A stretch of DNA of 64,000 nt. Source: Trypanosoma brucei (lineage: Eukaryota). The notes under the pieces were generated by a model, which saw only the letters and a program-made list of their open reading frames with translations, did not search any database and was not told the origin of the DNA. Position 1 is the stretch's first letter; each line of letters begins with the position of its first letter. This document shows positions 1 through 11,007 of this stretch, in pieces. The position numbers were made by a program, and so were the translations under genes. The stretch is taken from contig CH464491.1 in assembly GCA_000002445.1 (NCBI GenBank), positions 896,001 to 960,000 on the forward strand. The letters are read 5' to 3'.

Positions 1-216
1 CGCACCCACCGTAATGTAAGCAATGGATATAGGTTTCCAACCCTCATTGATTATCACTTTTTTCTTTCTGCAACTTCTTCCTTGACTCATGCTTCGCCAA
101 AGCAATCCGCGTAACATGATCCCTTTCCCCTGCACTTCAAGGTTTCATGGCAATGCAACGTTGCTCGAATACCAATTCCTTTACATTTCGTATTTCGCCC
201 CACCCGATGATGAATT

Positions 217-230
217 GGGGGGGGGGGGGG
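217..230. repeat. G14 homopolymer
   Basis: Read directly from the sequence. Confidence 0.95.
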
Positions 231-3200
231 CTAACAACCTTACGTTGAAAAAAATAAAAATAAAAACGCCAGTCACTGGTGCTATGTTAGCTCCACTACG
301 TAGATTTCCCATCTGTGGAAGGGAATGCATCGCTAAAGAAAATTAAGAAAAAAAAATACCCCTGCCAACTATGCAGCACCCGCGAAAAATTTCTTACACG
401 TCTGGGCACAACTGGCGGGCGCTTTACCTTGTTCACACAAACACATTCACAAGCCATTTCGCTGGCACTGCAATGGTTTATGTTACGCAATTGGCGCTTA
501 ATGCACGAGCCAGAGCAGTTGCACATTCATTTGCAACAAAAAAATATGAAACATTATTCAGTCAGCATAGCATCATTTTACATTAAACATATCACCTTAA
601 TCTATCAAGAGAGATAAAGAAAAGTATACAAATCTATGCGCAAGTGCGTACGGTGAAGGGCAGCAACCAAAACCGTGGCACCAAGTGTACGAAAAGTCCC
701 CATCTGCTGCTGAGGCGAACAAATATGTAGTAGCCTTCGCTATACCAAGTGCATACCCATGTATAGAGACATGCAAACACAATAAGGGACTAGTTAATAT
801 CGCTCCTATCGTCAGATGCGTCAACACGTTTTTGCACCAGTGTCAGGGGAATAAACTAATTATACTCCAGTGAGAATTCACATTTTGGTTAGGAGGACAG
901 TTGTAGACGTCGATACCAACAAGTTAACTAAAATACAATGTCTGGACTAGGGTCACTAGTGGGTGCACCGTTAGACGTGCTGCAACAACCTTCACAGGCA
1001 CAGTATGGAGTGACCGACAAGGTACCGACGGATCGCCTAATGAGAAACCAAACAGTATTGGCATCAACGAAGGTAAATAAAAATATTCATGATTTATTAT
1101 AAAAGTCGTTGTATCCCCATTGGCAGTGACCCATTTGCATCAATCGATATTGAAAAACCGCGCCCGTCATCCCCTATATACCGTCATTGCATCGGTAAAA
1201 CCTCGAAGCCCACTGTGTACACACGTTACTGTGGAACTTGTTGAGGTGGACCTCCTGCAACGAAAACGCTTTACCATGCAACCAAGACGGTGTGGGTCAG
1301 CAGTAACGGGGACACACGAAGGTAGATTACTGCCATAAGCGTCAGTAAGAAAACAACACCTAAACTGGTTATACGCGTAAACGAAATTTAATAAATCTAA
1401 ACAACGCAACTTCCACCGTTATCAACCGTACGTAGTGAGTATTGGTGTGCTTCCGCGAAAAATTGGGGAAAGTAATAATATATGCACAAATTACCGTTCA
1501 GTTAATGCAAAGACAAAAGCAACGAAGCAAAAGCAAAATAACCTGCCTCAACCTCTTTCTCAAATCGAGAGCGAATAGCTCATAGACTCATTCACACCAA
1601 TTTCCCTCCCCCTTCACGTTTTCCGTGGAGTCCAAACGTTGAGAGATGAACTATAGTTACATTGTTTGTCCTGCTAACTGACTCTCTGAGAAGTTTTATT
1701 ACCAACTTACCTGCGTGACTTACCAATATTTTGATATATGACTTTTTTTTTTTAAAAAAAAGTAAAGAATGATATATAAAAGCTTTTCGCACACAAATTT
1801 AGATGAACTACGCTTCAAAATACCACCCCAAATGGTTAAAGAGGTCTTAGTTGGTACGCAGCGGGAAGGGGAATGTAGACACTCAAATCTTTTGAGTTTC
1901 TCTCTCCCCACTTTGTCGAAACGAAAACTCCTTACAATTGTTGCTGTTATTATCATTGCGGGACTAACGTTGCTTCACCTTATTGTAAAAAACCCTAGAC
2001 ATGCTTAACACCGCTCGCCTTCCCGTCGTTTCGCATTGTTCGAGTTTAGATAGCGGTGCGTGTCCGTATGAACCACCAGTTCTGCAATTTTTTAAAATGT
2101 GTGAGTCACATATCTACTTTTCATCTGCTGTTTTCATTTTTAGGATAGCGGCTGCGTTACGCTGTTTCGGAGTGCTGTTGCATAACAGACTCCTTCTATT
2201 CAAATGCAAGGCAATCCCACATCAGATAATATGTGTAGGATGTTAATTCACCCAGCCCAATATCCTTCATTGATTCAAAAGGGCCCAACGAGAAATTTGA
2301 ACCTTTTGAGAAACATGTGACGAAACGTGGATCCCCATATGCAACGACCGATAAGTATTGTATCGAAAGTGGCATAGAAAATAAAACATAGGATCCACGT
2401 CGGTGCAGCAACACCGCACACCGCAGTTTTACGGAGCAAAATAAAATACGTCAACCGCAGGTGCCATATTTTTTTTTTTTAATAAATAAAGCCATCGCGA
2501 GAGTTTCCGAATATTGTTTACCGATACAGTGGCCCCGAGACAACATAGTCATCTAGGCTGCGAACATTTTAAAAAAAAAAGTAACGTAAGGCACCTCAAA
2601 GAATATACTGCGTATGAAAATGCGTACGAATGAGCGTCCTCAAACAAAGCGGCCAAACCGTTATAATATTTCAAACGCAAACAAACCTTCAGCTCCACCC
2701 CAGAACCTTGACGGCGGACGCACTAGAAAGCGCAATGGTATTTTGCGATTTGACCAAATAGTCGCCGAGTTTCACGAACCAACGAATTTCCCAATCCTGT
2801 TTACAATTTTTTAAAAAGGGGCACATCCAGACACGATATGATAAAAGGGTCCGTTGCCACTCACTACAGCCCAAGCCATTCACAATTTCTTAAATTCCAC
2901 ACCGTCCACCACCGCAGTGCTACCAACGTATTCCTCCTTCCTCGGTGCCATAGCTCACACATTCGTGGAAAACAAGCTGACACCCGGTCACTCCGCTGGC
3001 GGCGGACGCTGGGGCGAAATGCCTCCATCTCTTTACTTTAAGTGGCATTGCCTCCTTGAGGAGTTCGACATACGAAACGAACCGCATCTACCCACTGGTT
3101 TTATGAAGCGCGTCCGCGACACTGCCGACCATGTCTACCTGTTTAACCACCAGCGAGGAACTGCAATCGCCGGTTACCTAACGGTACACCCGGTAAGACT

Positions 3201-3673
3201 GCGTAGGGCTCGCACTTTTACCCCTCAGAAGGCAGGCAATAGACATATATAACCGCGAATGCTCGTGCTCCAAACGCCTGAAACGTCGTGGGCTCACAAT
3301 TAAGACCCCTTTCGGCAGGCCGAGCCCGACCTTGGTAGGTACCACAGCACTCCGTATTGGGGAATGTGGCCACGAAGCCTCCCGAAGACATCACGCTAAC
3401 CGTCTCTTTTCCCTCTACCATGCAGAAAACGCACACGCCAAAAGGGTGGTTCCGCCCCCCTCCACATGGTGGCACAATGGAACATGCCAAATTGTTAAGT
3501 GTTTACCTTTTTTTTTTATCGGCCGCAGGAGGAGAGCAATAAGGCGAGATTGTTGTGTCCACGTCGGCCGCTCTGGCGTTGGTCGCACTGGACTTGCCCT
3601 CGATGTGTGGCGAGACGTTCACTAACGGCTGCAGTGGCCCGGCCGTTGTTTCCACAGCTCCAGCATAGATGCC

Positions 3674-3689
3674 GGGGGGGGGGGGGGGG
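3674..3689. repeat. G16 homopolymer inside a GC-rich island
   Basis: Read directly from the sequence. Confidence 0.95.
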
Positions 3690-6600
3690 AATGGATGCTG
3701 AGCCGATAGGCACACCGACTCACGTGGGTGTGGCGATGTTACCCTTCCGCGGCAGTCAGAGGTGCAGCACCGTAGCTCAACAGTCTGGGCTGCCCGTGCG
3801 AGGTGGGGGAAATGTACGGCCCTGCTTTGCGCTAAGCGTATTCAAGCTGCCTGTTTCCCAAGATGGGGCGTGGTGACATTGCTCCCGCAGCTTGCGTCGC
3901 TTGCCTCGGTTGGTGCAATGCGTAGATGCCGTGGGTGGCCGAGGCCTGGTTTATTTTACTTTATTTCCCGCCCGTGGCCAGGGGATTTGTGGGTAGCGCG
4001 TCCTGGTTGCGGCTTTTTCGTGTGCTGGATGGGGTGGTGTGTAACACGCTCCGTCTGTTCTGGCGTCCTGCTGAATGTTTCAGACGGAGGTCATCCGCTA
4101 GCTCGTATATTATAGTATGGCACGTTAAGGGATCGGTTCTTCCGCGGTGATCCTGCTTAAGGGGTCGTCTGGCAATCCATAGCTGCTTGGCGCTATCTGC
4201 AGATGGGCCGAGAAGTTGAGGAGCTGTCCAAGCTGAATGCATACCAGTGTCATATTCCACCGTAGCGAGGGGAGCCTATACTGTTGTCAATGTTGGGGGA
4301 GAAAGCAGGCATTTTCTCCCGATCTCATTTGGTTGATGTAGGTCCTGGAGTTTTTATATATGTTGGATATTGGGTGCGCTCGGCGTTGGAACCAAGGCAA
4401 CTGTTTAGTATCATTCGCTAAAGTGCTAAGGGTCTTCCAGGTGAAGGGGAAACGCACAAATCACCCTCGAGAGGGCTGAATATATTTAGTGTTAACCAGG
4501 TAGAACAATCTATTCAACGGAGGCGATGACACTCATAGCAAAAAAAAAAAAAGAGATATCTGTCCACTCCTTTTGTTTTGCATGCGGGGACGACTGGATA
4601 ATGATTCACTTTTTTTCTCCCCCCCCCCAGGGGCAGTGGGTTAATGCCTTATCATGCGGACCGCGTAAGACACCGGTGCTATTCAGGGACCGATTGAATT
4701 GTCGATGAATAGCCATTTTGTAGGTTAACACTTCGTTATTTTGCTGTGATTCATTTAAACCGCACGGAGCTTGAAGATTCTAGTGGCAGTGTCCGGAGCG
4801 GAACCGTGTGGGGAGGATGGGGGGAGACTTTTTTAAAAAAATTAAAGCAACTCTGTATTTCTGTGTGGAGGAACAGTCAGTGTGCCTGGTGGAGCAACAA
4901 GGTGCCAGCAGAATAACTCTGTTTCACTTGGAAAGTTTTTTTTTTTTGCTGTGAAGGACACGATGTAGAGTCTTACAGAATTACCCTGTTTCACAGGGTG
5001 GTAGGAGATGTAAATGAAATGAATGATGCACACTATGCATTTGGTATCTTTGAATGTGAATTTCGTAGTCCCCAAAGTTTATAGGTTTGTTTCGCAGCGT
5101 CATTACATCAGTTATACCACCGTTGTGCACGAAGCACGACAGTGTCGGTGGAAATGAACAGAAGAATTAAACGGATGAATGCATGACGTAATATCAAATT
5201 GAAGCGTGACGGCCGCTAGGAGGACAATTAAGGGGGTTATTAGGAAACACTATGATGTAGTAGAAGCGTGTGACAAACCTTGTTGCCCAAGCACCGGGAT
5301 GCCGGCGACCCCATTCCTGACATCAGCAACACACTTGTTAAAAATATGTGCTAGCGCTGGGGGACTGTAGCTCATGTGAGCTTTGGAAGCGGCACCCAGA
5401 AGACGATATGCAGTCCGTTTAAATGCAACTTCTCAGTCATTTGATACAAACATAGGAGTTTCTCAGGGATGCCGGCGGTAGTTCTAAGCGAGATTTTGTT
5501 TACGGTGGCTTGTAATAGTGCTGCCACATGCTGAAATAGGGAAGTTTATGCCTTTTACCTAAGTGTTTGGAGCTACCGAATTTTTTTTGATGGCGTGGGA
5601 TTTGGATTAATTCATGTGCTGTAGTTTCTCCTTTCCTCACTTTGCAGTGGGCAGCTGGGTAGGTACCGAGTGAATATTATATAAAAGTGCTGCATATTGA
5701 TATATCCGGGAGACAAGACACACTACAGATGGTTCTGTATTCATCAATGATGGAAACCCTGTTGTAGGTGGCAGAGGAAGTCTTTATTTTGTTTCCCTTT
5801 AAATCTGTGCTGTTGATTACTTTCTGCGTCGTGCACCGTTACAGTTGTTTTAAAATTTAACTCTTCGTGATGATATCTTTCTTTATATCTGGTTTCGTTT
5901 GTTATTACAGCTCTGCACGTGTTTACTAAAAATCGCATTCTTTCTCGTAACGAGAATATATTTGCTAATTTAAGTTTAGTCCTCTGCTTTTTTTTTTGCG
6001 TTACGACAAAGGGGGTTCATATTAAATGTAGAGGAATAATGTTTTTCTGATTGCAGCAATATCTTTCCCTTTCTCCTTTCTTCTATTAGGGAGCCTCCGA
6101 TGCTCGTTGTGGGGGCTTGTGGTTTATTACTCTTCTTGTTTTTATCCGTCGCTGCACGTAACGGAAGTTTCTGTTGGGTTGTGTTGATGCTACGGTGGTC
6201 TCCCGAGGGAATATGGGACAATATGCGTCACAAGTTATCGGGTTATCACAACAGCTTCTGTGTTCTTTTTTAAAAATCTTGCTTACCGCTACACGAGCAT
6301 TGGACTACTTACGCGTTCTGTCTCACGTTTATGATTCTATATGCCTTTTTTTTGTTTTTGAAATGTGAAGCGGGGGTGCGGTATTTTTGCTTTAGGCGAG
6401 TGCTACGGCTCTCGTTGGTGAGAATTGCTCATACTGTGCTTGATTTTATAGGTACTTACATTTGCTTTAAGATACCATTTTTACTATTTATATGTTTTGG
6501 CTCAACCGTTGATCGAGATGGTTGTTTCCCTGTCCTTCTTGGGAGTCCGCGTTAAACGAGTGTCGGTGATGAATGTTCTGTAGCTCTGCTTTCCGTGAAG

Positions 6601-7385
6601 AGGTAATTCCGCGAAGTGACTCCCAACCATTTTTGGATTGACAGTTGCTGTGTGCATTAAATGTTCATGTATTCCTCGTAGTTTTGCCATTCTTGAACGT
6701 GGTCCCGTGCACGCGGTTGCGGCGCAGCATCCTCTGTATGACGTTGTAAAGATGTATCCCATTTACGCGCCAGTAAGAAACACAGGTGAGAAAGGATATG
6801 AGCTCACTTTGTTTGCTGGTGTGAATGTGACTCACATTGTGGTTATTCTTACTGCTCTGTGTTAATCTGGAATAATTATGAGATGATATCCTTCACGCTG
6901 CGTGTACCTGCAAAGGAGTTATTATTTCATTGTTGTCGCCTGAAACTTTTATTGACCGATTTCGTTGCAGCGCTCTTCATTTAAAGAGAAATTTTATTCA
7001 CCTTTGCGTCAATTTATGCTTCTTTAAGTGTCGGTGCTTTTGTTCATGCCCTGCTTGCCCTGATCCAGTGTGTAACTTATATCAATGGCGAGGAGTGGGT
7101 TGTGGATTTTTTTGTATTCTAGTGATGCGCACTCCTATTGTTTGAACTGTCTAAGTTTACTGACAACACGTGCACACACATATGGGATACATTTAACATG
7201 TCACAAATTTCTTTTCAGCGTATATTCTTCACGTAACGTCGTCCCACGGGATGTCTCCACATATCCTTTTTGCGGTGGCAGGGTTTACTCCGACTTCTTA
7301 TTGTTTTACACCCCGAGCTGCAACGACTTTTTGTTTACTTTCATTGGTGTGCGGTGTGGGTCTCGACGGGACATTTCCCTTCCGT

Positions 7386-7409
7386 ACCCCCTTTTTTTTG
7401 GGGGGGGGG
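7386..7409. repeat. Adjacent C5-T8-G10 homopolymer block
   Basis: The sequence is cccccttttttttgggggggggg, read directly. Confidence 0.9.
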
Positions 7410-8151
7410 TGTATTTGAACCCGACCTCAAATTTTGTTGGCGACCAAAGTAGAGTGCAACGAGAAACTATTTTTTCCTACTCATTTGCTAATATATGCTA
7501 TGACCAGGAGTGTAGAAGTTCAAATTTCACGAGGTAGATTTTTGTCATTTATTCCTTTTTTTTCTTTTTAGATGGGGTCACATGTGGTGATTGCAAATCA
7601 TTTACCTCGTTTCATACTCATCTACCGGACGGGGACCGTCACGGAACTTGTGATAGTGAACTGTTGTGGAGGGGGCGCTGTTTATTGGGCTAGATCGTTC
7701 TTACTTTTTTTTTTAAATATTTTGTTGTATTATTTACGCCCATTCATCCTAAATATAGGAGTGGCGTGCATCTTCATCAGATTGGAGGACCCAATTGAAG
7801 TAGTGCTAATAATGGTTCGATGCGCAGACATTTCGAGCATAGGTATTTGGAACATTTTATGTAACTTTTGAAGTTGAATGTACTGTCTACAGCAGTAAAC
7901 AGCTCAGGGATTGGATCACTGGTTGCTTCATGGTTGTAGAAAGTACTCTTATTCTTTGTTTTAAAAAAAGTAATGTGCACTCAACTGTTTAAGTTGCAGT
8001 GAGTGGCAATTGAGGCCATATCCGAATACTGAAATATCATTTGTTACCTTTCCCCCACTCCTAAAAAGTAGGCTAATCTGGTTGTTTATTAATACCGTCC
8101 TTCGAACCTTTTTTTAATGCTTATTACTGGTGTGAATATTGTCTGAATTGG

Positions 8152-8172
8152 TATATATATATATATATATAT
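8152..8172. repeat. (TA)n microsatellite
   Basis: Read directly from the sequence. Confidence 0.95.
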
Positions 8173-8345
8173 GTTGATTTAGAATTTCATCGTGTTTATT
8201 ATAACCAGAGATGGTGACATCACCTTCTCTATTTCCCTCTTGTCACTGCCCACACTGTTTAATTCCTAAGTTTTTTGAGAAACATTCTATTAACATTGTG
8301 TTTTGACCTTAATTTCTACTTCTGTACTAGCTCCGACAGCCCAGG

Positions 8346-8666
8346 ATGGTCAACTACCCGAAGAAAAAGAAGATGCACTGCCCTGATGAGCGGTGCAACG
8401 CTCACAAGAGCTTCAAGGTTGTGCAGTACAAGGCTGGCAAGGCGCGCCTGTACGCCCGAGGTAAGCGTCGCTACGACCGCAAGCAGTCTGGTTATGGTGG
8501 TCAGACAAAGCCCATCTTTCACAAAAAGGCGAAGACGACCAAGAAGATTGTTCTGAAGCTTCAGTGTTCTAACTGCAAATCGATTATCCAGAACGTGCTG
8601 AAGCGCACGAAGCACTTCGAGCTGAACGACAAAAAGAAGACTGGCAACAAGGACCCCACTTGGTAG
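8346..8666 (+). CDS. RPL44: 60S ribosomal protein L44 / L36a (eL42)
   Basis: 106-aa [64 protein letters not shown]...CSNCKS. This is the near-universal eL42 sequence with its C4 zinc-ribbon cysteines. ATG at 8346. Confidence 0.93.
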   Translation: MVNYPKKKKMHCPDERCNAHKSFKVVQYKAGKARLYARGKRRYDRKQSGYGGQTKPIFHKKAKTTKKIVLKLQCSNCKSIIQNVLKRTKHFELNDKKKTGNKDPTW

Positions 8667-8970
8667 GTTGTGCGGCGAGACTGATGACATCCGGTTTGAG
8701 CAGTATGAACTTTCTTTTTTTCTTTTCATCTTCTGTGTTCTAACTGTGTAATTACGATGGTGTATGAGCGCGCCGAGTTGGCAGGGTGTGCGCAATCTCT
8801 ACTTTTCATTGCGTACAAGCATCATTATACCTCCTTTTAACAAAAATATCTTTATTTTACATACTTCTATTGCCATTTACTTTGGTGAAACTGAACTGTG
8901 ACAAAACGCTATGAAGAATAACCAAGCACAATTAATTGTAAAAGCAGCGAGATTGGATTAAGGGGGAAAG

Positions 8971-10605
8971 ATGATGGCATCTAACCTAGCATACATAAAT
9001 CCCGGAGGGAAACAAGCCCGGAAGGCTAGTGCACTCGAGATAAATATGGTTGCCTCCCGTGGATTACAGGAAGTGCTCAAGACGAACTTGGGCCCCAGAG
9101 GCACAATGAAGATGCTCGTTTCAGGTGCTGGGCTTATTAAAATTACTAAGGATGGAATCACTCTTCTAGGTGAAATGCAGATTCAACACCCAACTGCTGT
9201 TTTCATAGCTCGCGCCGCCACTGCCGTCGATGACATCACTGGTGATGGGACGACGAGCGCAGTCCTTGTGATTGGTGAAATGATGCGGCAGTGTGAGAGG
9301 TACATCCAAGATGGTCTTCATCCTCGTATCCTGACGGAGGGCTTTCGACTTGCCCGCAACGAAGCAGTTAAATATTTGGAGGAAAGCGTCGTTGAGATCC
9401 CCGTTGCCACTCGTCGAGAATACCTCACAAATGTCGCTCACACTGCCCTCTCAACGAAGGTTAACGCACACATGTCGGTTCAACTGGCGGAGGCTGTGGT
9501 TGACTCTGTGCTCGCTGTTGTCCCCGAAGATGGAAGAGAAATTGATCTACATATGGTTGAGGTCATGCACATGAAGCATCGCCTGAGCTCGGATACTCGT
9601 TTTGTGAACGGGATTGTTTTGGACCACGGTGGTCGTAATGACAACATGCCAAAGTACCTGGAGAATGCCTACATTCTGGTCTGTAACGTTTCTCTTGAGT
9701 ACGAGCGAAGCGAACTGAACACCGGTTTTTACTTCAAGGATGCGGCGGAGAAAGCGCGTATGGTTACCGCGGAGCGGAAGGTAACAGATGACCGCGTTAG
9801 GGACATCATTGCTCTAAAGAAACAGGTTTGCACGAAGGAAAATCAGCGCAGCTTCGTTGTAATCAATCAGAAGGGAATTGACCCGATTGCACTGGAGATG
9901 CTGTCCAAGGAGGGGATTTTGGCTCTACGGCGTGCCAAGCGTCGTAATATGGAACGCCTTATTCTGGCCTGCGGGGGTGAGGCCGTAAACACAACCGAGA
10001 ACCTCACAGTGGATGTCCTTGGTGAGGCTGGACGTGTACAAGAGTACACATTGGGTGACGACAAGTACACCTTCGTGGAGGATGCGCGTAAGGGTCGGAG
10101 CTGCACATTGCTTGTCAAGGGACCCAATGATCACACTATTGCCCAACTCAAGGATGCCATTCGTGATGGTCTTCGTGCAGTCAAGAACGCTTACGAGAGG
10201 GGTGGCGTTCTCGCAGGCGCCGGCTCGTTTGAGGTGGCTCTTCACGACCATCTGACCCGTTATGCTGACACCGTGTCAGGTAAACAAAAAATTGGTGTTC
10301 GAGCGTACGCCGATGCCATCCTTGTCATACCGAAAACCTTGGCGGAGAACTCCGGCCTTGATGTTCAGCAGTGCCTTATTTCCCTGCAGGAGGCCAGCCG
10401 ACGAGCACGCCAGGAAGGGCGCTGGGTGGGCCTTCGACTCGACACGGGAAGCACCGTTGACCCGCTAGCGGCTGGGATCCTGGATAACGTCCTTGTGAAA
10501 CGAAGTATTCTAGAGACGACTGGAGAGATTGTCGCCCAGCTACTACTGGTAGATGAAATTATGAAGGCTGGGCGCCGCGGAGCCGGTGCCCCCCCGTCGC
10601 AGTAA
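8971..10605 (+). CDS. CCT6: T-complex protein 1 (CCT/TRiC chaperonin) subunit zeta
   Basis: 544 aa. The N-terminus ARGLQEVLKTNLGPRGTMKMLVSGAGLIKITKDGITLLGEMQIQHPTAVFIARAATAVDDITGDGTTS matches the CCT-zeta signature, including the GDGTTS ATP-binding motif. The group II chaperonin equatorial, apical and equatorial layout runs the whole length. Confidence 0.9.
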   Translation: MMASNLAYINPGGKQARKASALEINMVASRGLQEVLKTNLGPRGTMKMLVSGAGLIKITKDGITLLGEMQIQHPTAVFIARAATAVDDITGDGTTSAVLVIGEMMRQCERYIQDGLHPRILTEGFRLARNEAVKYLEESVVEIPVATRREYLTNVAHTALSTKVNAHMSVQLAEAVVDSVLAVVPEDGREIDLHMVEVMHMKHRLSSDTRFVNGIVLDHGGRNDNMPKYLENAYILVCNVSLEYERSELNTGFYFKDAAEKARMVTAERKVTDDRVRDIIALKKQVCTKENQRSFVVINQKGIDPIALEMLSKEGILALRRAKRRNMERLILACGGEAVNTTENLTVDVLGEAGRVQEYTLGDDKYTFVEDARKGRSCTLLVKGPNDHTIAQLKDAIRDGLRAVKNAYERGGVLAGAGSFEVALHDHLTRYADTVSGKQKIGVRAYADAILVIPKTLAENSGLDVQQCLISLQEASRRARQEGRWVGLRLDTGSTVDPLAAGILDNVLVKRSILETTGEIVAQLLLVDEIMKAGRRGAGAPPSQ

Positions 10606-10879
10606 AACAGTCGATCTATATTAAATTACCAGAAAAGAAAACAACACTGAGGAAAACAGCCTTTCAGCTTAATAGACAAAAGAAATGAAAAAGAAAATTA
10701 AGGCATAATTTTTTTAAAAGTGTGATTAACGCATAGGGGAAAATGAAAGTACTTTCGGCATAAGTTGGTTCGTGTTTCCCTGTGTGGATGGAGAGAGGCA
10801 TCTTCACTTTTGTGTTTTTGCGTGTTTGTTTGTCCATGCGTCAAATGTGTGTTCAACAGTTGGGGTAACTGGGTTGAAT

Positions 10880-10938
10880 CTGCAATTTTTTTGCGTTACC
10901 GTTTCGACGCTTCGCTTTGTCTTCTTGCGTGTCCGTAG
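10880..10938 (+). promoter_or_regulatory. Polypyrimidine tract plus AG: putative trans-splice acceptor region for the dynein mRNA
   Basis: ttttttgcgttaccgtttcgacgcttcgctttgtcttcttgcgtgtccgtag sits immediately 5' of the dynein start region. This is the kinetoplastid trans-splicing signal architecture; the site itself is not mapped. Confidence 0.35.
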
Positions 10939-11007
10939 GTGGAACGATTAAGCAACGAGAAGAGGAGTTACGTAAATCAAACAAGCAAACTAAGGAAAGG
11001 AACCCCG

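Larger units (their letters stand above)
1..8345. other. Gene-free region upstream of the first + strand gene. No ORF longer than 150 aa on either strand. Candidate polycistron boundary, transcription start or strand-switch region.
   Basis: The six-frame track shows only short ORFs at roughly random density. It contains G14 (217-230), G16 (3674-3689), C10 (4619-4628) and a C5T8G10 block (7386-7409). A GC-rich island lies at about 3300-4300. Confidence 0.45.

Noticed and set aside
5355-5400. tRNA-like start 'gggggactgtagctca...'
   Set aside because: It resembles a tRNA 5' end (GGGG..TAGCTCA). However, no D-loop GG, no anticodon stem and no T-loop GTTCGAATC-type motif follow. No cloverleaf can be drawn.
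7085-7537. 150-aa ORF in the gene desert
   Set aside because: It is Y, F, S and C-rich, a translation of T-rich low-complexity DNA. It overlaps the C5T8G10 block and has no protein-like features.
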